Positions 37,796-48,270 of a DNA stretch of 61,546 nt are shown here, in pieces. Under the pieces are notes generated by a model. That model was not told the DNA's origin and did not search any database. It saw only the letters and a program-made list of their open reading frames with translations. Positions within the stretch are counted from its first letter, which is position 1. The number at the start of each line of letters is the position of its first letter. The translations under genes and the position numbers were made by a program. Origin of the DNA: Carcharhinus longimanus (lineage: Eukaryota); contig JASCQW010000162.1 of assembly GCA_030264375.1 (NCBI GenBank), forward strand, positions 57,879,171 through 57,940,716, in the 5' to 3' direction.

Positions 37796-38114
37796 TCCAT
37801 GATTTGATGGGAAGAGAGACCCACAGATTTACTGTCAGTGAAATTATTTAATTATTCTGTGTCCACTGCACCTTAACTGATCGCTGAAAGGAATTTAGCA
37901 ATAAGGATGGGAATCTCTGGATGAGTATCCCTGACAGATAGCTGCCCAATGAAATTTAATGTGGAGTAATACAAGGTGATGTATTTTGGAAGGAGCAATA
38001 TTGGGAGGACATGCATACTAAAGAGTGAAATCTTAAAAGGAAGAGAGGAGTAAAAGTTTAAAAGATACACATTTATTTATAAGTGAGAGGGCAGACCAAT
38101 AAGAACTGCCAGAG

Positions 38115-38493
38115 TCTGTCACAAACTTAGCACATTTCAACATTTTACCAACTTTTGAAGACTAGTCACTGTTGCAGTATAGCAAACTCAGCTAACGTTT
38201 TGTACACAGCTTGTTCCCACAAATGGTAATAAGCTATCAACCAGGTAATCTATTTAATTGTGATGAAGGTTGAGGCATAAAAGTTGGCCAGGGCACCAGG
38301 GACAATACCCCTGCACTTCTTCAGAGGGTGCCGTGGCATCTTTTCATTCAAATGAGAGAGCTGATCGGGCCTCCGTTCAATGGCTTATCTGAAAGGTAGC
38401 ACTTATAAATTATCAGCCTAGATTTAAGACTCCAAAGTGGTACTAGAACCAACAACATTCTGAATCAAAGATGGGAGTGTAGCCAACTGAGTT
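38115..38493 (-). mobile_element. Deu-domain SINE
   Basis: GTCACTGTTG, TTGGCCAGGGCACCAGGGACAATACCCCTGC, ATCTGAAAG, and head GTAGCCAACTGAG. Confidence 0.75.
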
Positions 38494-38539
38494 AGAATTG
38501 ACGTGTAAATGATTTTTTTCAAAATCGGGAGGGAAGGTA

Positions 38540-39585
38540 CAAACATAAACCCTATATAAATCACTGGTTAGACGACAGTACGAATATTATGTAAGTAAAA
38601 TCTAATGGGTTCTTTTATGGGTATGGGCTCTGGCTCATGCGTGTCTCCAATATTTCCTACACCTGGGTAATCCACTGTGTGCAGTTTTTGGCATTTTATC
38701 CTTGGAAGGACACATAAGTTATGGAGATGGAGCAGAACAGATCCATTGAGATGATACCAGGGTGAAAGGCATCTCTCCTGAGGAGAGACTAGAGCAGAGA
38801 AGGTTGAGCAGAGAGTTAATAGTATTGATCAAATTTGTGAAGGATTTTTGTACAGCTGATGGGAAAGAGTTCTCAGGCTGTAACCAGAAAAAACCAGATT
38901 GACTATAATAGATAAACGTATCAGGAGGAGATGAGATTTTTAAAAAATCTGAAATGTGCTGATAGCGAGGCTGGTGGAAACAGCTTCAATAGTAATTTTC
39001 AAAAGGGACCTGGATAAATACATGAAATAGTCAGGGCTATAGAGAAGGAGCAGGAGAGTTGGACTATTGAAAAATAAAAGGCTGATACAAGCATGATGGG
39101 TCGAAAGGCCTCCTTTTGTGCTTTGTCATAGAAGAGTAACTGGAGATCTTTCCATTTGCACAAGAAAGATCAACTGGAGATCTTGCCATTTGCACAAGAA
39201 AGATCAACTGGAGATCTTGCCATTAGGACAAGAAAGATCAACTGGAGATCTGACAGAGATGTTCAAGAGGTTTGATGAGATAAATTGGAATGAAAAAACT
39301 ATTTCTACTCGTTGGTAAGTCAGTAAATAAAGGATGTAACTACAAGATGGTCACCNNNNNNNNNNNNNNNNNNNNNNNNNNNNNNNNNNNNNNNNNNNNN
39401 NNNNNNNNNNNNNNNNNNNNNNNNNNNNNNNNNNNNNNNNNNNAGCTTTTAAAAAGGAAGCAGATAAATGTTTTAAAAAAGAAAAACAAAACTAAAGAGT
39501 ATGGGATAAGGGCAAAAAGAACAGGTCAAAGCGGAAGCCAACACAGACTCAATGGGCCAAATTGTTTCTTTCTCTGCTATTATTA
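38540..39585 (+). mobile_element. Old CR1-type LINE 3' fragments
   Basis: TATAAATCACTGGTTAGAC, GTGCAGTTTTTGG, GAGCAGAGAAGGTTGAG, ATGGGTCGAAAGGCCTCCTT; second tail AATGGGCCAAAT. Confidence 0.6.
39138..39251 (+). repeat. 34-bp tandem repeat, about 3.3 copies
   Basis: AACTGGAGATCTTKCCATTWGSACAAGAAAGATC at 39138, 39172 and 39206, partial at 39240. Confidence 0.92.
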
Positions 39586-39897
39586 CTGAGTTTTCAGGTG
39601 AAACCTTAAAGATAGTTATAAACAAGATATTCCCATGCAAAAAAGATCCAGGGAGAAAGGATTTGGTCCCACACTCCCAATATAAAAGGAGTACTCTGGC
39701 TCTGTTGCTATGATATTTCCTCTATCCACATAGATTGTCATAGTAACGGACCCAACTTCTCCACCCCTTCAAACATACCACAGGGCTGTAAGAAGTGCCT
39801 TCTTGCTCTTCTCTCTATATCTCTCCCTATCTGTCTGGAACAGCAGTCAGTAGTTGTGAATGAATTTAATGGAGACAAGGGAACATAAAACCAAGAA

Positions 39898-40235
39898 AGA
39901 AAGAATTGCATTTGTGCAACCCCTGAGGACATCGCAAAGTACTTTACAGCCAATGAAGTAGTTGTTGCGTGCAGTCACTGTTGTAAGATAGACAACATAA
40001 TAGTCAATTTGCACATAGCAAGTGCTTACAAACAACAATGATAATGTTTTTAACTAATGATTTGTTAAATGTTGGTTAAATACTGGCCAGGACACTGGGG
40101 TGAATGCTTTTCTTCATAATAGTGCTGAGAAATTTTTGACAGTCATCCAAAAGGACATTGTTTTAATGTTTAATCTAAAACTGTGGCAGCTCCAACAGTG
40201 TGCAGCACTGCTCCAGTACTGCATTGAAGTGGCAG
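39898..40235 (-). mobile_element. Deu-domain SINE
   Basis: TTTACAGCCAATGAAGTA...GTCACTGTTGTAA...TGGCCAGGACACTGGGG...CAGTGTGCAGCACT. Confidence 0.8.
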
Positions 40236-40604
40236 NNNNNNNNNNNNNNNNNNNNNNNNNNNNNNNNNNNNNNNNNNNNNNNNNNNNNNNNNNNNNNNNN
40301 NNNNNNNNNNNNNNNNNNNNNNNNNNNNNNNNNNNNNNNNNNNNNNNNNNNNNNNNNNNNNNNNNNNNNNNNNNNNNNNNNNNNNNNNNNNNNNNNNNNN
40401 NNNNNNNNNNNNNNNNNNNNNNNNNNNNNNNNNNNNNNNNNNNNNNNNNNNNNNNNNNNNNNNNNNNNNNNNNNNNNNNNNNNNNNNNNNNNNNNNNNNN
40501 NNNNNNNNNNNNNNNNNNNNNNNNNNNNNNNNNNNNNNNNNNNNNNNNNNNNNNNNNNNNNNNNNNNNNNNNNNNNNNNNNNNNNNNNNNNNNNNNNNNN
40601 NNNN

Positions 40605-40677
40605 GGTTGGACTAAAACCTGGTGTTGTCAGACTTTTTACTGTGTTTACGCCAGTCCAACGCCGGCATACCCACATC
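40605..40677 (+). mobile_element. Penelope pseudo-LTR 3' fragment
   Basis: GTTGGACTAAAACCTGGTGTTGTCAGACTTTTTACTGTGTTTACGCCAGTCCAACGCCGGCATA, same family as 22775-23269. Confidence 0.8.
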
Positions 40678-42245
40678 GAAACCAGGAAATGGCAGAGGAG
40701 TTAAATAAATATTTTCCATCAGTCTTCTATCTGTCATTCATGGTATTCAAAAATTGGCAAATAATCAAGGGACAAAATGGGGGTGGGAGGTTGTGGTGGC
40801 GGAGAGGAAATAATAGAAAAACTATCACAAGAGAAAAAGAACTAGGGGAACAAATGAGCTAAAGTCTTAAAATCCTCTCTTGGATGCATCCTAGGATATT
40901 ATAGGTACTAGTTACAAATATAGTGGATGCACTGGTAGCAATTTTCCAAGAATTCTTAAATTCTGGAGAAATCTCAGAGGGCTTGAAAACTGCCAATGTA
41001 ACACCCTTACTCAAAAGGCAGATGTCAAAAAGCAGATAACCATTGGCCAGTTGGCTTGACATCTGTCACTGGGAAAATGTTAGAGTCCATTATGAAGGAT
41101 GTAAGAAATACATAATATTATCAAGCAGCATCAGCATGGCTTTCATAAAGGGGAAATCATGCCTGACAAATTTATTAGTGGTCTTTGAGGTGGTAATGAG
41201 CAGGATAGACAAAGGGAACCAACAGATGTAATATACATGGATTTCCAAACAAATATTTGATAAGATACTGCACAAAAGACTACTTAACAAGATAAGAGCC
41301 CATGGTGTTGGGAGTAATATATTTAGCATGGATAGAAGATTAGCTAACTAATAGAAGACAGAAATTTGGGGTAAAAGTGGCATTTTCAGGATGACAACTA
41401 GTAACTCGTGGGGCGCCACAGGGATCAGGGCTGGGGCCACGAATATTTACAATATATATTAATAACTTGGATGAGACAAATGAAGGTACTATTGCTAAAT
41501 TTGCAGATGATACAAAAATTTGTGGGAAAGCAAGTGGTGAGGATGGCACAAAGTCTACAGAGGCATCTAGATAGGTTAGATGAGTGGGCAAAAACTTGGC
41601 AGCAAGAAGACAAAAGGAATGTTGGTCTTTAAGGAAATCGAGTATACAAATAGGGAAATCTAGCTAAAACTATATCAAGAACTATTATAGTTAGTCCACA
41701 CCTGGAATACCATGAACACTTTGGTATGCTTATCTCAGGAAAGATATAGTGGCATTGGAAACAGCTCAGAGAAGATTCACATGGTTGATTCTGGATATAG
41801 AATGATTTTCTTTTGAAGAAAGGTTGAGTATGTTGGGCCTTTACTCATTGGAGTTTAAAAGAATGAAAGCTGACCTTATTCAGACATGTAGAATTCTCAG
41901 GGCACTTGACAGATTAGATGCTAAGAGATTGTTTCCCCTTGTGGGTGAGTCTAGAATCAGAAGAATAATTTCAGGGTAAGGAGTTGCCCAATTAAGATAG
42001 AGATCAGAAGGAATTTCTTCTCTTAGAGAGGAGTAGATCTGTGGAATCCTTTACCACAGAGGGCTGTAGAAGCTGGGTCATTAACTATGTTCAAGGCTGA
42101 GATAGACAGATTGTGAATCAGTTAGGGAATCAAGGTTATGGGAATATGGTAAGAAGGTGGACTATCACAATAGATTCGTCATAATCTTATTGAGTGGTGG
42201 AGCAGACTGGATGGGCCAACTTCTGCTCCTATGTCTTACGGTCTT
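40678..42245 (+). mobile_element. CR1-type LINE, decayed ORF2 (RT) and 3'UTR
   Basis: EMAEELNKYF, KTANVTPL, KGKSCLTNLL, GAPQGSGLGP, AKFADDTK, FSLREE..LWNPL. Confidence 0.92.
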
Positions 42246-42649
42246 GATTAGGGTTTGTGACTCAGAGGGAAACATATTACCCATTCAACCACAGTTGACA
42301 CAACCAAGCCACCAACAACATGAATCCCAAAAAATGGAGCTATATTTTGCAGTGCATTTGAAAAACACATAATACTGCTCACATTATGTACAACTGTTTC
42401 TTTGACAATGATCGACTTTCCCAGCTGGATGTACCAAAGGAAGAAAATCAAATTTTCTGCAGCATGGACAAGTTGGGCCGAAGGGTCTGTTTCCATGCTG
42501 TAAACCTCTATGTCTATGTCTAAATTCACACCTAGTAGGATGGGATTAGTGCAGGGCTGGACAGCACAGATTCTGTGTTTGGAAATATATGAGAAGTTTT
42601 AGAGTGGGACCGATTGAATGAACTGTGAACATTTGTTTCTTCTGACTCA

Positions 42650-42913
42650 AGAAATGAGGTGAGGAAAAATTTCTTCACCCAAAGGGTGGTGAATAGGTGG
42701 AATTCACTACCACAGAAAGTAGTTGAGGCCAAAACATTGTCTGATTTCAAGAAGAAATTAGATATACACTTGGGGCTAAAGAGATTAAGGAATACTGGGG
42801 AGGGAAAGGGGATCAGGATATTGAGTTTGATGATTTGCCATGATCATAATGAATGATGGAACAGGCTCAAAGGGACAAATGGCTTACTCCTGCTTCTAGT
42901 TTCTATGTTTCTA
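42650..42913 (+). mobile_element. CR1-type LINE 3' end
   Basis: RKNFFTQRVVNRWNSLPQKVVEA and a TTCTATGTTTCTA tail. Confidence 0.88.
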
Positions 42914-43273
42914 AGGTATTATTTGAACCTAATACATCCTGAGCCCACCTATGTCCTTTGCTTACTGAAATACAGATACTTAGCTTCAGAAAGTTGGCTA
43001 CTTCCTGTATTGCAGAACAGTACAATGATCCATTATTTCCTTAAAATGTAGAACACCTATTCCTAGGAGATGAAGAATGTGTCTGGAAACTGAAACGGAT
43101 GTTCGCATAGTATCATTGATATTCTTCATCTGCTCTAGTGTGTCTCCACTGAACTCCTCCATCTCTTCAATCATCTCCTTTATTTGTTGCACTAACTGAT
43201 CCACACCATAATCTAATGTCTGGAACATAGATTTTGTCCCAAGGTGGTCAACATGGTGAATGAGGGAAGCAAT

Positions 43274-43425
43274 ACATAAGAAATAGAAATAGGAGCAGGA
43301 GTAGGCCATCTCGCCCTTCGAACCCGCCCCGCCATTCAATAAGATCAAGCTGATCTGTCGTGGCTCAGTTCCACTTTCCCGCCCTCTCCCCATAACCCTT
43401 AATCCCCTCTCTTATCAAAAACCCA
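43274..43425 (-). mobile_element. CR1/HER1 LINE 3' end (young subfamily)
   Basis: ATAGGAGCAGGAGTAGGCCATCTCGCCCTTCGAACCCGCCCCGCC. Confidence 0.88.
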
Positions 43426-44767
43426 NNNNNNNNNNNNNNNNNNNNNNNNNNNNNNNNNNNNNNNNNNNNNNNNNNNNNNNNNNNNNNNNNNNNNNNNNNN
43501 NNNNNNNNNNNNNNNNNNNNNNNNNAAATGCTTTAAACAGTTCTACAAAGAACAAAGTGCTTTAAACTTATTTTAAACAGGTTTTTAACAGGTAAAATCT
43601 TACAGTTAAGAGAAATAAAGTAGCAGGTGCCAAGACACATTGGGAGAGTTTGGAGAGGTGACCAGTTCAAATGATTGGTTTAGAGGAAATTTTCATCTGG
43701 AGACAGAGAGGAGAGGGAGAAAATGAAATTTCTGGGAGTGGGCAGAGTGAATTGATAGACCACCAATGACAGACTGATGGGAAGATGGGATGCATGATGG
43801 GCCAGAATTGGAAGTGCCGAGGGAAGGGGAGGCTGTATAATATTGAAGAAGGTTGCAGAGAGAGGAAGCAGTGAGGCTTTGCAAAGAAATTAAGGATCTT
43901 AGGTTAAATACGTGGGTGGACAGGAAGCTGTTGCAAATCAGAGAGGATGGGATGGAGGAGCTGAAGGCAGGACTTGAGAACTTAAATCCTGTTAGCCTAT
44001 AATGGGGCTTTTCCCAACAACGTGTGTTTATTTGCCATTTAGTTATTTACTTTTTCAAGTGTCCAAATAATCACACTTTCTTCCCTGGCATGTCAGCAAT
44101 AATGGATTGAACAGAAAATGAGGCTTCAGCAGAAGATAAGCGATCTGTGATACAGTGTCCTTGGGGCAGCAGCATTTTCTAAAGCATCATCTGTGGAAAT
44201 ATGAAGAGTGTTAAATTGCGGTGATGCACAAAATGAAACAGTGGCTCTGGAAAATTAACATGGGCACTCAGCATGTATTATAATTTTAACTCTAACCGTA
44301 TGCATTCTCTGAAGTATGCAGCTATTATGTTTCTTATCTATACGAATGTGTAAATGTACAAAATATTTGCTTACTGTGCACACCTTCTTGTTTATTATTG
44401 CCAATTACAGAACCCGAGTAAAAGGCTCATAATGTTAATGAAGCAGGTATTTGACACAAAAATCCATAGAAAGCATCACTTCAGCCACTATCCTATGATT
44501 CTCCAAACTCCAATACAAATGTTTCTGAGTGAAAATGGCTCAGAATACCAATCTTTTGATTTGTGAGAGATCTACAATTACAGTATTGCAATTTAAAAAT
44601 TATGTCTGAAATTCAGAAAAATCATTCATTAAAAAATATTCTCCATCGGCCAGCACCAATCCACCTCCTCCTATCTCAGCAAGTCTCTTCCTGAAAAGTA
44701 AGCATCAGAAATTACATTATGTCTGGCATTTCTACCATCTTTTGTTCTAATGTGCCCTTAAATGTTA

Positions 44768-45612
44768 CATAAGAACATAAGAAATAGGAGCAGGAGTAGG
44801 CCATCCAGCCCTTCGAGCCTGCCCGGCCATTCAATAAGATCATGGCTGATCTGTCGTGTCTCAGTTCCACATTCCCGCCCTCTCCCCATNNNNNNNNNNN
44901 NNNNNNNNNNNNNNNNNNNNNNNNNNNNNNNNNNNNNNNNNNNNNNNNNNNNNNNNNNNNNNNNNNNNNNNNNNNNNNNNNNNNNNNNNNNNNNNNNNNN
45001 NNNNNNNNNNNNNNNNNNNNNNNNNNNNNNNNNNNNNNNNNNNNNNNNNNNNNNNNNNNNNNNNNNNNNNNNNNNNNNNNNNNNNNNNNNNNNNNNNNNN
45101 NNNNNNNNNNNNNNNNNNNNNNNNNNNNNNNNNNNNNNNNNNNNNNNNNNNNNNNNNNNNNNNNNNNNNNNNNNNNNNNNNNNNNNNNNNNNNNNNNNNN
45201 NNNNNNNNNNNNNNNNNNNNNNNNNNNNNNNNNNNNNNNNNNNNNNNNNNNNNNNNNNNNNNNNNNNNNNNNNNNNNNNNNNNNNNNNNNNNNNNNNNNN
45301 NNNNNNNNNNNNNNNNNNNNNNNNNNNNNNNNNNNNNNNNNNNNNNNNNNNNNNNNNNNNNNNNNNNNNNNNNNNNNNNNNNNNNNNNNNNNNNNNNNNN
45401 NNNNNNNNNNNNNNNNNNNNNNNNNNNNNNNNNNNNNNNNNNNNNNNNNNNNNNNNNNNNNNNNNNNNNACTGTCCTTTCTGAGCGGGAAGAGCCTCTCC
45501 ACCTCTATCCTATCCATCCCATTCATCATCTTATACGTCTCAATGAAATCTCCCCTCGTTCTTCTAAACTCTAACGAGTACAAGCCTAGTTTATTCAGCC
45601 TCTCCTCATAGC
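44768..45612 (-). mobile_element. CR1/HER1 LINE 3' portion (gapped)
   Basis: LYSLEFRRTRGDFIETYKMMNGMDRIEVERLFP plus the CATAAGAACATAAG tail. Confidence 0.88.
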
Positions 45613-47674
45613 TCTTCTTATGTGTCAGTGGATCTGTTGTCTGGTGTGTTACTGAGCCATGTAGGCCAAAGAGATCCTGAATTCATTTCCAAGTCTGTGA
45701 AAACTTTGTTGGTGTCGATCGAATTGAATCGGAAGAATGCTGAAATTCTCCTCAATGTTCCTGGGTTCATGAGGGGACAACGTTCAATCCTGATGCCATC
45801 TGGAGACCCCATTTAGAAAATGTACTCATGAATATTAATTGAGAACAGGTTTGGACTTCATTGCACCCACGGTCTAATATCCTACTGACACTCACCATCT
45901 GGGTTCACATACACAGTTGGCTAATTAGGTTATGCATTGGAAGCCAGAGGAGTTGTATCTGGGCCTGGGGGAGAGGAAGAAATAAAATAATTGGGAAAGC
46001 AAGAGAGAAGAGCCTACTTAGACAAGATACGTGAGTGCTGTTGTCACCTGTAGACATATACCCGGGCATGCACCACCATCTTCAGAAGAGCTGGTGGGAG
46101 TGAAAGAACTCTGTATAAATAACTTGAGGGTGATACTGCTCTCCAGTAGCACACAATACAGGCTTGTAACAAATGCACAATCTGTTATACACAATGCCAG
46201 TTTATATTTTCCATATACTTAGAAAATAATGCCAAGATTTTTAATTTCAAACCAAGTAAATGATACAGTGATACATTTTGTTTCTTCCACTTGCTCACAC
46301 TTGGTCAATAAAAGCTCATCCACATCTACCAATTTCCCATTGACAATCAATTCCTAAATCCTTCCAATATAACCATGACAAATGCTAAAAGTGGGATAGT
46401 CTCTTGGTCAGCTGTGCTTGATGTGGAATTGCCCCTCTCAAGCTATAATCCCTGGTGACGTTCTGATGACCAGTCCTAGGAAAATAACATTAGAAGCATT
46501 TGTGTTTTGTCTGCCCCATGTGTCACAGAACAGCCTCTAAGACCACTTCTAGGTCTATCATGTAACCAGCTGAATTGGTTGAGATTATTGGATGTCTGAT
46601 CAGCAGAGGAACATTTGTCCTCCCGGTTTTCTCCAACACACGGAGAAAAGTACAAGGTATGACTGTTTAAATGTATTTAATAAACATAGAGGAATTCTGC
46701 ACACATGGTAGCTCCAAAATTCCTGGGTGGCTTGTTCTGCTGGTGCGGATGTGCAGAACCCCTATCCTTCCATGGAACTAGCCACTGAGATGGGGTAACT
46801 GGCATGATAGCTGCATCTTGTCCAGAAGACCACTTCACCATAGCCTGAGTCAACCACCAGCTGGAATTTCAAACCAGTATCATACAATGCCAAAACCTGA
46901 CTTGGCAAAGCTGAAAAGGAAATCCTTTCAGCTATACCTTCTGTTCTTAACGGAATGAGCAGGCCTCCTGAGGAACGCGGTCAATTCCAGAGGGATCAAT
47001 TATCACCAAAGACTTGGGGCCTATGGTCCCTCAATTCATGCCAACTCTCCATTGATGAGAGTACCATTGAGGCATTCAAAGGCATAAAATATGAAACTTC
47101 TGCGACAACCCAGAATTCCAACAGGCAAGACCCTTGATGTGGTGGGGTTTAGGGGAGACAGTGGGGTTAGTGAAAAATTAGTTCTTGCTCCCACCTCCTA
47201 CCTCCATTGCAAACAATACGGAAATCTGACACAACTAATTTCAGCCTCAGATTCTTTCCCCAGCCTCCGGAGAAATTAGCCACTCTTCAGCTTAAATAAT
47301 TGAGGGCCTCTGACTAATGTAGTCCAGTCCTTGTACAAAACCAACTTCATCAACAGTTAGATCTTGAACTTTGCTTCTCACAATCAATTAAGTACTTTTT
47401 GGAGTGCATTTCATCTTGCAATGTGGGAAACATGGCAACCACCACACACACAAACTCCTACAACTGTAACATATGGCAGCTGGTGAACACCAGTGTGATC
47501 CATGGCAACCACATCTACAGTAAATGTCCACAACTTGAGCAACTTTGGGTCTGAATGGATGAATTGGAGTCCAAATTTCAGACACTGTAATGTGACAGAG
47601 GCAAAAGTTATCTTGACAATTTGTTCTCGGAGGTAGTCTTCTCAGGCTAAGCACTTCTAATCTGGTCCTTGATC

Positions 47675-48270
47675 AGAGACAGGAGGATGTGGCTGAGAGA
47701 GGCAGGTATAGGGACTGGAAAGGTAACAGTAGGGGATCCTAAGCCCCTACACTTGTCCAATAGGTTTGAGGCTCTTGCAGCTTGAATGGATAATTGTTAG
47801 AACTGCAGGCTACATTAGCAAACTGACCATGGTACCATAGTGCAGGAAGGAACTCAAGGAATGTAAGTGAGGTAAGTGACAGTAATGTTAGGGAACAGAT
47901 ATTATTCTCTGCAGCTGAGGGCATGAACATTGAGTTGCCTGCCTGATGCCAGAGTCAAGGACATTTCCTCTGATGCTGGAGAGAGAAGGGAAAAATCCAG
48001 ATATTATGGCACATGTGGGAACCAATGACACTGGTAGGACTAAGACAGAAGGTTTGCTGAAAGAGTATGAGCAGCTAGGGACTAAAGCAAAAAGTAGAAC
48101 CACAAAGGTAATAACCTCTGGATTATTACCTTAGCCATGAGCAAATTGCCACAGGGTAAATAAGATCAGAGAGCAGAATGCATGACTCAAGGATTGTTGT
48201 GGGAGAAATAATTCACGGGGCTCTGGCAACAGTTGTAGGGAAAGAGGGAATTGAACAATGATGGGACCAG
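47675..48270 (+). mobile_element. CR1 ORF1 remnant (SGNH/GDSL esterase domain)
   Basis: CLPDARVKDI...GKNPDIMAHVGTNDTGR...LLKEYEQLG...SRTTKVITSGLLP. Confidence 0.8.

Noticed and set aside
39138-39251. CRISPR-like 34-bp repeats
   Set aside because: Head-to-tail with no spacers, in eukaryotic DNA, with no cas genes.
40100-45611. Long ORFs in the ORF track (170-270 aa)
   Set aside because: They are mostly N-run read-through.
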